Source: Alphaproteobacteria bacterium | GTDB taxonomy: Bacteria > Pseudomonadota > Alphaproteobacteria > JBFXJJ01 | Direction of reading: 5' to 3' | DNA: 64,000 bases | Assembly (NCBI GenBank): GCA_050175015.1 | Contig: JBFXJJ010000003.1 | Coordinates: 64,001 to 128,000 of the forward strand | Shown here: positions 48,046 to 58,080 of the stretch, piece after piece | Layout of the letters: every line of letters starts with the position of its first letter | Position numbering within the stretch: position 1 is the stretch's first letter | The notes under the pieces: generated by a model | The model's input: the letters and a program-made list of their open reading frames with translations, nothing else | What the model was told of the DNA's origin: nothing | Database searches by the model: none | Program-made: the position numbers and the translations under genes

Positions 48046-50154
48046 ATGCGTATTTTTTTAAAAATTTCTTTGTTGTTTTTTGTTTGTTTTGCAGTCGTAA
48101 GATTAGCAGAAGCGAGTGAGTTTGTTTCAAAAAATGAGGAAAAATGCGCATCTTTACACCCAAGAATTAAAATTGAAAACCAGTTTTGGTATAATGATGA
48201 AGCTGTTTTGGCAGGGCGGGCGGCTTGTTATGATTTGGGACTTGCCTATTATAGCGGTACTGATGGTGTTGTGGCAAATAAAGAAAAAGCAGCTGCGTTT
48301 TTTATGAGAGCCTCAGAATACGAAAATTATGATGCTCAATATATGTTTGGACTTATGCTTTTTGATGGTGATGGCGGCTTGGCTAAAGATATTCCTAAAG
48401 CGATTGAGATTATCCGTAATGCTGGAGAAAAAGGAAGTGTTCTTGCTCAAAGTAAACTGGCACAGCTTTTTTCTGATGATAAATTTTATCTTAAAAATGA
48501 TAAAGACGCCCTTTATTGGTACTTAAAAGCGGCTCAAAGCGGTAATCTTCTGGCTCAATATGAGGTTGGGAATAGATATGAGCTTGGTATTGGTGTGGAT
48601 AAAGATTTAAAAACAGCGGTTAAGTGGTTTGGTGAAGCTGCTCAAAAAGGTTCTCCTGAAGCTCAATATCGTTTAGGTATGATGTTTTTTATGGGAGATC
48701 CCTTGCCTCAGGATCTAAAAATGGCATTTAATTTGATTAAGGCGTCTGCTGATAAAGGGTATGTATATGCTCAATACTTTTTGGGATATATGTATGAAAA
48801 AGGTTCAGGAGTAATTGAAGACAAAGACAAAGCCTTGGAATGGTATAAAAAAGCGGCGGCAGGAGATTTTGACAGAGCATATATCCGTCTTGCCGAATTG
48901 GAGCTCACAGAATATCAAATGATGCTTTCAAAAGCTTATCTATTAGGTGAAAAAGGTTTTAAAAAAGATGCTGCCAAATCAGCATATTGGTTAGAAAAAG
49001 CGGCTAAAAATGGTGATGCAGATGCTCAGTTTCAACTGGGGCACTTCTACTTGGAGGGTTTCGGTGTAGAAAAATCGGAAGAAAACGCAGCAATTTGGTT
49101 TAAAGCTGCTTCTTTAAACGGTTATGAAGGTGCGGAAGATATACTTAATGATATCCTTGTAAAGAAAGACGACGCAAATTTTTATAATGAAAATGAACAG
49201 CTTTTCGAGATGGCAGGAAGAGGCGGAGACGAAGCGCAGTTTCAGCTGGCGGTTAAATATGAAGAAAAATTTGATGCCAAAACAGAAAAGAGTCTAGATG
49301 ATAGAGATATTAAAGAGGCTTTGAGGTGGTATAAAAAATCAGCCGAGCAAAATAATCTTGATGCGATTTTTCGTTTAGGCAAGGCCTATTTCTCAGGTGA
49401 CATTATTGAAAAAGATGAGAAAAAGGGTTTGGATATGCTTAAAAAAGCTGGAGAAAAGGGAAATTATGAAGCCCAAAAAATGCTGGCTAAAGTTTTTGAA
49501 AAGCGTATAGGTTCAGGTTCAGAAAAATCGTATAGTTATTATGTTTTAAAAGACCCATCTTACTGGGATGCTCTTTATTGGTATGAAAAAACCGCAGAGT
49601 CAAAAAAGCCAGAAGATTTTTATCGTTTAGGTATATTTTATTTTAATCATCTTCCGGAAAAGAAAGGTTATGAAGAAAATCTTTATAATGCTTGGTATTG
49701 GTTAGAAAAAGCAAAGCAGGAAGGCGTGGAAAATGCTAGAGATCCAATTAAAAACATCAGCCGCAGAATAGGTAGAAACTATAGAATTAAAGAAAATAAG
49801 ATGATTGAAACCTTTATTGATAAGTTGATTAAGGATTCTGACCCAGATTTAGAAACGGCAGAAAAACTCGGCTTAAGACGTTATTCTCGTGAAGAAATGG
49901 CGCTTAGTGATTTGTTCTATGCTTACGGTGTTAATTTAAAGTGCGGTTATGATAAATCGGTAACAATCGGTAGAGGTTTTGCTTTGTATAAAAATGAAGT
50001 TGATGCGATGATTTCAAAATTAGTAATAAAAACAGGCAAAACTAAGATTGAGCATATTAAAAATGAGGCGGAAGAATTTGCTAGCGGTGTTATCTGCGAT
50101 ACCAAGGAAGCATACAAAGCAAAAAGCGTGCTCTTGAAGTTTAGCGATTTATAA
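48046..50154 (+). CDS. Exported Sel1-like repeat protein
   Basis: Signal peptide ending AEA; about 12 SLR units (AQY.LG..Y..G...A..W...AA.G). Confidence 0.92.
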   Translation: MRIFLKISLLFFVCFAVVRLAEASEFVSKNEEKCASLHPRIKIENQFWYNDEAVLAGRAACYDLGLAYYSGTDGVVANKEKAAAFFMRASEYENYDAQYMFGLMLFDGDGGLAKDIPKAIEIIRNAGEKGSVLAQSKLAQLFSDDKFYLKNDKDALYWYLKAAQSGNLLAQYEVGNRYELGIGVDKDLKTAVKWFGEAAQKGSPEAQYRLGMMFFMGDPLPQDLKMAFNLIKASADKGYVYAQYFLGYMYEKGSGVIEDKDKALEWYKKAAAGDFDRAYIRLAELELTEYQMMLSKAYLLGEKGFKKDAAKSAYWLEKAAKNGDADAQFQLGHFYLEGFGVEKSEENAAIWFKAASLNGYEGAEDILNDILVKKDDANFYNENEQLFEMAGRGGDEAQFQLAVKYEEKFDAKTEKSLDDRDIKEALRWYKKSAEQNNLDAIFRLGKAYFSGDIIEKDEKKGLDMLKKAGEKGNYEAQKMLAKVFEKRIGSGSEKSYSYYVLKDPSYWDALYWYEKTAESKKPEDFYRLGIFYFNHLPEKKGYEENLYNAWYWLEKAKQEGVENARDPIKNISRRIGRNYRIKENKMIETFIDKLIKDSDPDLETAEKLGLRRYSREEMALSDLFYAYGVNLKCGYDKSVTIGRGFALYKNEVDAMISKLVIKTGKTKIEHIKNEAEEFASGVICDTKEAYKAKSVLLKFSDL

Positions 50155-50260
50155 TAAAGCAGCTGCGATTAAATCTTTACAGAAAATTTATTCTTAAAGG
50201 ATTGCGGTGTTTTATTTTTTCGCAAATTAATTTTTATATGAAGCTTAAGTTAAGCTGTTT

Positions 50261-50878
50261 TCAGGGGACAATTGCATTTATTTCTGGTGAAACAACCTCA
50301 GGAACGATGGCCTTATCGTTATCAGTATTAACATTGGCTTCTGGTGATATAGCTTCTGTAACAACTGGGGCGCCTTCATTAATATTAGTGTCGATTTTTG
50401 CTGGTACAGCTTCTGTAACAATGGGGGCGCCTTCATTGATATCTATTTCTGGCGGAACCGCGCCATTAACAATGGTTCCTCCTTCACTGACAATCGAAGA
50501 GTTCTTTCTTTTTTCCGCTTTTTTCCTTCTTTCTTCAGCTTTTGCTTGTTGTTCTTTTGCTTTTTCTTCTTCTAGGCGTTTGTTTTTCTCTAACTGTTTA
50601 ATATAAGCGGGTTTGTTTTTTTCTAACTTTATTTTCTCTTTTTCAGGATTTATTTCTGAGGTTTTCTCATTGTTATTATAAGTATTTGTATTCGAGAAAT
50701 TTCTTATTTCTGTTGGCTGATACTTAGGATATACATTAGGAACAAATGGAACAAAATTATAAGGAATAAGTTCATCGTTTGTGCAGGTTGGACAGGAGAA
50801 TTCCTGACAGCCATTTAATGCTAAACTAGCAGTTACAATCATTGTTGATAATAAAAATTTTGATGACAGCTTTTTCAT
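50261..50878 (-). CDS. Lipoprotein with CxxC, charged coiled segment and short C-terminal repeats
   Basis: Lipobox LNG-C; CPTC; INEGAP(I/V)VTEA repeated. Confidence 0.75.
   Translation of the reverse strand: MKKLSSKFLLSTMIVTASLALNGCQEFSCPTCTNDELIPYNFVPFVPNVYPKYQPTEIRNFSNTNTYNNNEKTSEINPEKEKIKLEKNKPAYIKQLEKNKRLEEEKAKEQQAKAEERRKKAEKRKNSSIVSEGGTIVNGAVPPEIDINEGAPIVTEAVPAKIDTNINEGAPVVTEAISPEANVNTDNDKAIVPEVVSPEINAIVP
50351..50442. repeat. Intragenic direct repeat, ~35-bp core at 57-bp period
   Basis: AGCTTCTGTAACAA..GGGGCGCCTTCATT.ATAT at 50351 and 50408; degenerate third unit near 50460. Confidence 0.8.
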
Positions 50879-50950
50879 TATAATAAGTCCTAAGTAGTTA
50901 CTAATAAGGTAGTATTATCTTATAAATAATTTAATAAAAGTTTTACAAAA

Positions 50951-50986
50951 TAAAAAGGGCAAGTTTTTTTAACTACGCCCTTTTTA
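50951..50986 (-). terminator. Terminator after the encapsulin gene
   Basis: TAAAAAGGGC...GCCCTTTTTA. Confidence 0.7.
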
Positions 50987-51006
50987 TGAAGAATAATCAA
51001 AAAAGT

Positions 51007-51789
51007 TTATTTAAAGATAACGACAGCATCAGGTGTTGTAACTTTAAATGTTAGGCTTTCCTCTAGGTATAAGTTCACATATTTATCATCGTGAGAAGTA
51101 TAACCGATAGAGATATCCTGACCTGAAACAAATTCAAAATCACCCCCTCTTTTGCTTAAGAGAAAAGCGCCATCTAAAAAAGGAGCCTTAATGATATTGT
51201 CCACTAATTTAGAAATATGCTCTACGATAGGTCTTCCGTTTTTATGAGTTGCAGTCATAAGGTGATTAAATTCTTTTGAACCTAGAACTAAAGCAAAAGG
51301 ACCAGAGATGGCTTTTTCATTTAGTTTTGATATGGCACCTGCCACGGTTTCTGGATATTTTTCATCGGATTCTAACTTTACGGAAAGCGAGGCATCACTT
51401 AAAATACCTTTTATTTTAGCGCTGGTTAAACCGCTATAAACAATATTTTCTTCAGCTTTTGCGATTTTGTGTGCGGCATCAATAACGGTATCTAAAGCAG
51501 GAACACCCCCTCTTTCAATAAGTTCTAAGTCTTTTCTTGATACTTTAAAAGGAACCGATAGTTCAATTAAAGGTAAAACTTGGCGTTGTTTAACGGAAAC
51601 TTCTGCTTCTTTTGCCAAATCTTTAACTTCTCCAGTTTCTACAGAAGATTTTTCCCAACCTAAAGGTCCTGTGAAATCAGCAACTTTTCTGCCTGACAGT
51701 TTTAGAGACAAGGCATTTTTGGCTTCATTAGAAATAGCTTCCCACGCTTTACTTGTAATAGGAGCAAGCTCTTTATTAAATTTATTCAT
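51007..51789 (-). CDS. Family 1 encapsulin shell protein (linocin M18-like)
   Basis: ELAPITSKAWEAI, RKVADFTGPLGW, PLIELSVPF, RGGDFEFVSGQDISIGY; start at MNKFNK with SD GAGG. Confidence 0.94.
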   Translation of the reverse strand: MNKFNKELAPITSKAWEAISNEAKNALSLKLSGRKVADFTGPLGWEKSSVETGEVKDLAKEAEVSVKQRQVLPLIELSVPFKVSRKDLELIERGGVPALDTVIDAAHKIAKAEENIVYSGLTSAKIKGILSDASLSVKLESDEKYPETVAGAISKLNEKAISGPFALVLGSKEFNHLMTATHKNGRPIVEHISKLVDNIIKAPFLDGAFLLSKRGGDFEFVSGQDISIGYTSHDDKYVNLYLEESLTFKVTTPDAVVIFK

Positions 51790-51811
51790 TAAATTAACCT
51801 CGTAAAAATTG

Positions 51812-52162
51812 TTAAAGTTTTCCAAGACCTAAGCTGCTGTTTTCATCAGATACTTGTTCTTCGCTAGTTGCAACAGCTTCGTGATGAATAATAGAACCAG
51901 TCTTAAATAGATAAGATTTAAGTTCATTCCCAAAGCCCTCATCGTTACGTCTTAGCCATTCAACTAACATAGCGGCGTGTTCTTTTTCTTCATCACGGTT
52001 ATGTTCTAACAGTGCTTTAAGTTCAGGGTCAGATGCGACATCTGCTCTTTGGTTATACCAATCAACAGCTTCCAATTCTTCCATAAGAGAATTGATGGCT
52101 CTATGAACGTCTAAGGTCTTAGTGCTAAGCTTAGAGCGTTCTTCATGAATTTCTCCCGACAT
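51812..52162 (-). CDS. Encapsulated ferritin-like protein (EncFtn/Flp) with cargo-loading peptide
   Basis: HRAINSLMEELEAVDWYNQR, HNRDEEKEHAAM; C-terminal SSLGLGKL. Confidence 0.93.
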   Translation of the reverse strand: MSGEIHEERSKLSTKTLDVHRAINSLMEELEAVDWYNQRADVASDPELKALLEHNRDEEKEHAAMLVEWLRRNDEGFGNELKSYLFKTGSIIHHEAVATSEEQVSDENSSLGLGKL

Positions 52163-52183
52163 TTTATCTCCTTTGAGTTTTTA

Positions 52184-52609
52184 TCATGGATATATGAATT
52201 CTATACTAACTTTAATATCAGAATGCAGGCTGTGTTTAACAGGGCAAACATTTGCAATAGCTTCTAGTTTTGCTTTTTCTGCTTCAGCATATTTGTTGTG
52301 AGGCATATACACTTTGACTGCAAATGATTTTATTCGGTTGCCAGCATTCTCCATTTCTTTATGAATTTCAGTTCTAGCACCTTTGAAATCAATGTCACTG
52401 CGAGAAGCAGCTATGCCCATAACTGTAAGAATACAAGAACCAAGAGCTGCACCGACTAAGGTTGTTGGGTCAGTGTTTTCTCCTTTACCTCCAATACTTG
52501 GGGGGGCATCAGTATTAAATTCAGTTTTGACACCTTCGAATTCGGCTTTGCATCTTAAATCACCTTCATATGTTACGATAGTGGTTGAAGCCATTCTTGT
52601 AATCTCCAT
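52184..52609 (-). CDS. OsmC-family protein
   Basis: TDAPPSIGGKGE, P..LVGAALGSC, CPVKHSL. Confidence 0.9.
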   Translation of the reverse strand: MEITRMASTTIVTYEGDLRCKAEFEGVKTEFNTDAPPSIGGKGENTDPTTLVGAALGSCILTVMGIAASRSDIDFKGARTEIHKEMENAGNRIKSFAVKVYMPHNKYAEAEKAKLEAIANVCPVKHSLHSDIKVSIEFIYP

Positions 52610-52810
52610 TATAATTGTTAAAAATTAAATATAGTTATGATTTTAAGATATTTCAAGCGTTCAGCATAAGCAAATATAAAAATATAAAACGAATACTTAT
52701 ATACCAAAGTATTATAGAAAATAGACCAACTGCTTAATGGTAATTTTTATAAAAATTAATTTATAATTAAAAATATAAAATTTTAACTTTTAATTTGTTG
52801 TAAGCAAAAA

Positions 52811-53878
52811 ATGAAAACATTAAATATTGACGATTATGAAAAGTATAAAATTCTATCTGAAGCAATAGGTAAAGGTGTACTGTTTACTGATGCTGAAAGT
52901 CTTATCTATGATCACAACTCCTATTTTTTAAATTTTTTTAATATGGGCGAGGAGGATTCTTTAAAAGGTAAGAACTTTTTCGAATTTTTGGATTCGAAGG
53001 ACAGAACAGAAATTATAAAAAAGCTTTCTAAAATAGAGTTTAATTCGCCATATAGTTTTTTTATTACACGTTTAAACAACAAGAATATAAATCTTCTTGA
53101 AATTGAAGTCATAAAATTGTTTTTTGAGAATACGGCTCATATGATTTTTTTAGTTTCTGAGTGTATTGATACCAAAAAACTCAATCCATATAAGGTCAAA
53201 AGTCTATCAGAATTCGAAAAGTCAAATGTTCTTTATGCTATGGAAATAGCCTCTAGTTATCTTGCTAATATTTATAAAAGAATCTCGTCTCCTATAGATA
53301 AGATAAGGAATTATTGTAATCTTTTAGAAAAAGAGATGAATATTTATGGCTTGTCAAAATTTTCTAAAGATTTAAAGAGTATTAACAATTTTACCAAAGA
53401 GTTAAACATTATTTTAAATGATTTAACAATATCGCCGCTTGCTATTTTATCTCAGGAAGAGGGATATTTGGAAAATGTTGATTTAGGATTATTAATTGAG
53501 GAAACGGCGACAGTTGTCAATATCATTGCCAAAAGAAAGAATGTGACTCTGGTGGTTTTGTATCAACCAGATATTGGTAATATATATACAAACAAGCTTT
53601 GTCTTTTTTATTGCTTGATCAACATATTAGATAATATTTTTTATTATAACGAAAATAGTTATATTTCTTTATCGGTCTTAAGAAAAAATGTTAAAAACAT
53701 CGAGAATATTTCTTTTGAAATTAATATATCATCATCTAAGAGCGACAAAGTTTTGCTTGATAGCAAAAATATACTTTTTGCTAAAGAGTGTATGCAAAAA
53801 CTTAAAGGTACAATTACGGAAAAAAATACATCTGATAGTGAAAAGGTAATAGTTCTACAAATCCCTGTTTTTAATTAG
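52811..53878 (+). CDS. Degenerate PAS-histidine-kinase-like protein (probable pseudokinase)
   Basis: PAS-like N-terminus; ANIYKRISSP where the H-box ANMSHELRTP is expected; INILDN N-box; no G boxes. Confidence 0.6.
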   Translation: MKTLNIDDYEKYKILSEAIGKGVLFTDAESLIYDHNSYFLNFFNMGEEDSLKGKNFFEFLDSKDRTEIIKKLSKIEFNSPYSFFITRLNNKNINLLEIEVIKLFFENTAHMIFLVSECIDTKKLNPYKVKSLSEFEKSNVLYAMEIASSYLANIYKRISSPIDKIRNYCNLLEKEMNIYGLSKFSKDLKSINNFTKELNIILNDLTISPLAILSQEEGYLENVDLGLLIEETATVVNIIAKRKNVTLVVLYQPDIGNIYTNKLCLFYCLINILDNIFYYNENSYISLSVLRKNVKNIENISFEINISSSKSDKVLLDSKNILFAKECMQKLKGTITEKNTSDSEKVIVLQIPVFN

Positions 53879-53895
53879 CAATAAATTATAATAGT

Positions 53896-54345
53896 TTATC
53901 GTTCTTTTTCTCGCCATCTTCCATTTGCTTCTTGTTGCCAATAATGCAAATCACAGTCATTTTTTTTGGCATCAGACCAAGCTGTTCGAGCTTTGTTGAG
54001 GCTGTTTTCATCTTTACCGTTGAAGAGATAGAGACCGCGTTTAAAGTCAGAGAAATTAGGTAAACTCATGCCGTCAAGAATCATAATTATTGATGAAGCA
54101 TTGGGGTTTTCATACTCGTCAGTTATCCATATAGGCTGGCGTTGGGCATCTCCTGTTTTATAGCAGCCATGAGGCAGCCAAGCATCAGGATTAAACGTCC
54201 AGAGCAAACTATCAAAAAAGTTAGTTTGCTCTTTTGATGACGTTAAAATTACCATATTCTCATTGCTTTCTATCACTTTTGAAGCCAGTTCTGGCAAAGC
54301 ATCAGAAATGTCTTTGGCGGTTAGATGATAAAAATCAATCCTCAT
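53896..54345 (-). CDS. holC: DNA polymerase III subunit chi
   Basis: IDFYHL, LLWTFNPDAWLPHG, QPIWIT, ARTAW, YWQQ. Confidence 0.93.
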   Translation of the reverse strand: MRIDFYHLTAKDISDALPELASKVIESNENMVILTSSKEQTNFFDSLLWTFNPDAWLPHGCYKTGDAQRQPIWITDEYENPNASSIIMILDGMSLPNFSDFKRGLYLFNGKDENSLNKARTAWSDAKKNDCDLHYWQQEANGRWREKER

Positions 54346-54375
54346 TTGGATACCAAAATCCTTAATTAAATAATA

Positions 54376-55830
54376 TTATTGCAGTTTTACCGCAACGAAA
54401 CGCATACCATCTTTGCTGTCGATTAAGAGTAAAACAGAGGTACGGTTAGCTTTTTTTACGGTTTCAAGCTCTTTAGCAATATCTTCAGCAGAATTTACCT
54501 TGTTTTGATTAACCTCAACAATAACATCACCTCTCATCAAGCCTTTCATCATAGCATCACTGTCATCATCAATGGACGAGATAACAACGCCTTGAGCGGC
54601 TTCGGGCAGGTCATATTTATTTATCGTTTCTGGAGTTACGGTTTCAACCGTCATACTCAATTCAGGGAGCTTTTTGCCGTTATCGGTGTTTATATCATCA
54701 GAGCTGATTTGATTTTCATCAATTTGATTTTCAGACTCATCTTCAGGCATTTCTCCAACTTCAATTTTAAGGCTTATTTCTTTACCCGCGCGCATAACTT
54801 TGATGTCAGCCTGAGTTCCAACTGCTGTTTCAGCAACAATACGAGGAAGAACTCTCATTTCATCAATAGTCTTGCCGTTGAACTCAGTAATAATATCCCC
54901 AACTTTAAGTCCCGTTTTTTGTGCTGGTCCATCAGTATTAACTGCGGCAACTAATGCTCCCATAGCTTTGCTCATACCAATGCTTTCAGCAATATCATCG
55001 GATACGGTTTGGATTGTAACTCCTATCCAGCCCCTAGTTATATGTCCATTGGTTTTCAGATTATTGACAACCCATTTTACGATGTTTGAAGGAATAGCAA
55101 AACCTATGCCGACACTGCCGCCTGATGGCGAAAAAATAGCGGTATTAATTCCAACGACTTCTCCGTTTATATTAAACATTGGACCACCAGAATTGCCCCG
55201 ATTTATGGAAGCATCTGTTTGGAGATAATCATCATAGGGACCAGTTTGAATATCTCTGCCTCGGGCTGAGATTATGCCTGCGGTTACAGTGTTACCAAGA
55301 CCAAAGGGATTGCCAATAGCCAGAATCCAGTCGCCGATTCTCATCGCATCGGAATCGCCAAAAACCACAGGGTGCAGTTTCTTATCGGTTTTAATTTTTA
55401 AAAGGGCAATATCTGTTTTTTTATCACGAGCAAGAAGTTCGGCATCAACAGAGGTTTTGTCATCAAAAATAACAGAGATTTTTTCAGCTTTTTCAACAAC
55501 GTGATAATTAGTTAAAATCAATCCCGATTCATCTATTACAAAACCTGACCCTAAAGAAGTTACTTTGCCGCCTTTAGGCATACCTGGCGCGCCTTTTTCA
55601 AAAAAATCTTTAAAAAATTCTTCTAAAGGTGAATTAGGGAATAAGCTTTGAAGATCAAGTTGTTGTTGAGCTGGTGCCGTTACTTTTTGAGACGTTGATA
55701 TATTTACAACCGAAGGAATTAGTTTTTCAGCTAAATCCGCAAAGCTGTCAGGAGTTGCCGCCTGAGTTCTGAAAGAAAAACACAAGCTGGAAACTACTAA
55801 TATTACAAAAGTAAAAACGTTTTTTTTCAT
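54376..55830 (-). CDS. degP: DegP/DegQ periplasmic serine endoprotease
   Basis: Signal peptide; SLGSGF, TNYHV, TDIAL, INRGNSGGP; two PDZ domains. Confidence 0.95.
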   Translation of the reverse strand: MKKNVFTFVILVVSSLCFSFRTQAATPDSFADLAEKLIPSVVNISTSQKVTAPAQQQLDLQSLFPNSPLEEFFKDFFEKGAPGMPKGGKVTSLGSGFVIDESGLILTNYHVVEKAEKISVIFDDKTSVDAELLARDKKTDIALLKIKTDKKLHPVVFGDSDAMRIGDWILAIGNPFGLGNTVTAGIISARGRDIQTGPYDDYLQTDASINRGNSGGPMFNINGEVVGINTAIFSPSGGSVGIGFAIPSNIVKWVVNNLKTNGHITRGWIGVTIQTVSDDIAESIGMSKAMGALVAAVNTDGPAQKTGLKVGDIITEFNGKTIDEMRVLPRIVAETAVGTQADIKVMRAGKEISLKIEVGEMPEDESENQIDENQISSDDINTDNGKKLPELSMTVETVTPETINKYDLPEAAQGVVISSIDDDSDAMMKGLMRGDVIVEVNQNKVNSAEDIAKELETVKKANRTSVLLLIDSKDGMRFVAVKLQ

Positions 55831-55844
55831 TTTTGAGTATTCCT

Positions 55845-56027
55845 TTATTTAACCGCCCATAATAATGCTATACCTATAGATGTAATAATAAAACCTACGG
55901 TTTTCAAGTGTTTATCAGGCAAGTCAATCATTTGGCGCATCATATCTTTCGCCAGCTTTGGAAAAGCTGCATAAGGCAGCCCTTCTATAATCAAAACCAA
56001 AGCCAGAGCCTTTAACAAATCAGACAT
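55845..56027 (-). CDS. DUF2065-family small membrane protein
   Basis: LALVLIIEGLPYAAFP; canonical position after hflC. Confidence 0.9.
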   Translation of the reverse strand: MSDLLKALALVLIIEGLPYAAFPKLAKDMMRQMIDLPDKHLKTVGFIITSIGIALLWAVK

Positions 56028-56028
56028 T

Positions 56029-56901
56029 TTACTTCATCTTTGGTAAGCTTTTGAAGTATTCAAAGAATTCCGAATCAGGAGAAAGAACCATAGACGTTCC
56101 GTCTTTTTTTAAAGCGTTTCTATAGGCTTCTAAAGAACGGTAAAAATCATAAAAACTTTCATCTTGTTTGGCAGCTTTTGCCCAAATATCAATCGCTTTT
56201 TGATCGCCCTCGCCTCGGGTTAGCTGTGCTTGCTCTTGAGCTTTTGAAAGAATCATAACCTTTTCTTTTTCAGCTTTAGCAACAATTTCTTGAGCTAGTT
56301 CCTGTCCTTTTGCTCTAAACTCTTTAGCTTCTCTCTCTCTTTCAGAATTCATACGTTTGTAAATAGCTTGAGAGATTTGTTCAGGAAAGTCAGCACGTTT
56401 AATTCTTACTTTTGCCACTTCAACTCCGAAAGAGGCAGCATAATTTGCCACTATTTTACTGATGTCGTCCATAATTTTAGCACGGTCTTCAGAAAGCAGG
56501 TTGCTTAAAAGCACATTGCCTAAAACCTCTCTTATTGAAGAATTAATAATATCTCCAAGTCTTGATATGGCTGAACGTTCGGTGGCAACAGATTGATAAA
56601 AGAGTAGAGGATCTACAATTTTAAAGCGGGTAAAACTGTCAACTTTTAATCTTTTTTGATCGGCAAGGATAACTTCCTCGACGGGAGGGTCTAGTTCTAA
56701 AAGACGATTATCATAGATTACAATATCTTGAATAAAAGGTAATTTGAACGTAAGCCCTGGTTCTTTGATGATTCTTTTGGGTTCACCAAATTGCAAAATA
56801 AGGGCTTGTTCGGTTTGGTTTAAAATAAAAGCCGAATTATAAACCAGAAGACCACCAACAAAAGCAAAGACAGCAGCTAGAAAACCAAGTTGTTTTTTCA
56901 T
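56029..56901 (-). CDS. hflC: FtsH modulator HflC
   Basis: SPFH domain; RMNSERER, FYDFYRSLEAY, VLSPDSEFF. Confidence 0.96.
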   Translation of the reverse strand: MKKQLGFLAAVFAFVGGLLVYNSAFILNQTEQALILQFGEPKRIIKEPGLTFKLPFIQDIVIYDNRLLELDPPVEEVILADQKRLKVDSFTRFKIVDPLLFYQSVATERSAISRLGDIINSSIREVLGNVLLSNLLSEDRAKIMDDISKIVANYAASFGVEVAKVRIKRADFPEQISQAIYKRMNSEREREAKEFRAKGQELAQEIVAKAEKEKVMILSKAQEQAQLTRGEGDQKAIDIWAKAAKQDESFYDFYRSLEAYRNALKKDGTSMVLSPDSEFFEYFKSLPKMK

Positions 56902-58052
56902 TAGTTTTTCCCCTCTTTTTGTGTTTTTAGAACGTCTAGTGGCAAATAGGGAATAACGCCATTGCCATTTTTAGGCGTATCAATGATAACTTTATTAGAA
57001 TTTTGCAGAATTTGTTCCATAGTTTCTAAAAACATTCTTTTTGCCGTAACATTTTTAGCTTTAACATAGCCATCATAAACAAGTTTAAAACGACCAGCAT
57101 CACCAGAAGCACGGTTAACGACTTCGGCAGCATAGGCTTCAGCATCTTGGATTTTTTTAATAGCTTCACCTCTAGCCCTTGGGATAATATCGTTGCGATA
57201 GCCTTCTGCTTCATTGCGTGAGCGCTCTTGGTCAGCTTTTGCTCGCTGAACTTCGTTAAAAGCATCGACAACGAGTTGAGGAGGATCCGTTTTCAACAAA
57301 TTGATTCTTTTAATTAAAATGCCTGAGCCAAATTCATCAAGCACAGCTTGCAGTGTTTTTAAGGTTTTTTCCTCAATATCACGACGACCTTCGGTTAAGA
57401 CTTTTTGGATTGGCATTTGACCAATAACCTCACGCATAGCGCTTTCAGCTGCGATGGTAACTGTTCCAACAGGGTCTCTAACGTTAAATAAATAATCTGG
57501 AGCATTATTAACAACCCAAATAACAGTGTAGTTGATGTCTACAATATTCTCATCACCTGTAACCATTAAACTTTCTTGAGAAACTTCTTCTGAACTATCA
57601 CTTTTGGTGTTTCTTCTAATAAAAGAAGGTGAAGATGAACGAAACCCAATCTCTATGCGGTTTTCTCTCATAACATTAGGTGTAAAAGCTCTTTCAACAG
57701 GGTAGGGCAAATGATAATGAAGCCCTGGAGTTGTGGAATAGGCATATTTACCAAATCTTAGAACAACGCCTTGCTCTTCTGGCTGGACTTGATAAAAACC
57801 AGAAATACCCCATAATAATAAGGCGATAGCAAGAAAAATTAATAAAAAACCATTGTTATTATATTTAGTTTTTCTTTTTCTTTTTTTATTTCTTGGAAAC
57901 AGCTGTTTTATTTTTGTTTGCCCGCCTTTAAGAATATCTTCTAAATCAGGGGGAATACTGCTGTTGCCGCCACCTTGATTGCCGTTGTTGCTGGATCCCC
58001 AAGGACTATTGTTTTTTCCCCAAGGATTTTTTCCATCGTTATCGGAAGACAT
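56901..58052 (-). CDS. hflK: FtsH modulator HflK
   Basis: N-terminal PWG...PPDLED; VVLRFGK; MVTGDENIVD; PYLPLD. Confidence 0.96.
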   Translation of the reverse strand: MSSDNDGKNPWGKNNSPWGSSNNGNQGGGNSSIPPDLEDILKGGQTKIKQLFPRNKKRKRKTKYNNNGFLLIFLAIALLLWGISGFYQVQPEEQGVVLRFGKYAYSTTPGLHYHLPYPVERAFTPNVMRENRIEIGFRSSSPSFIRRNTKSDSSEEVSQESLMVTGDENIVDINYTVIWVVNNAPDYLFNVRDPVGTVTIAAESAMREVIGQMPIQKVLTEGRRDIEEKTLKTLQAVLDEFGSGILIKRINLLKTDPPQLVVDAFNEVQRAKADQERSRNEAEGYRNDIIPRARGEAIKKIQDAEAYAAEVVNRASGDAGRFKLVYDGYVKAKNVTAKRMFLETMEQILQNSNKVIIDTPKNGNGVIPYLPLDVLKTQKEGKN

Positions 58053-58080
58053 ATCGGCTTCTCCTTACACTTATTAAAGA

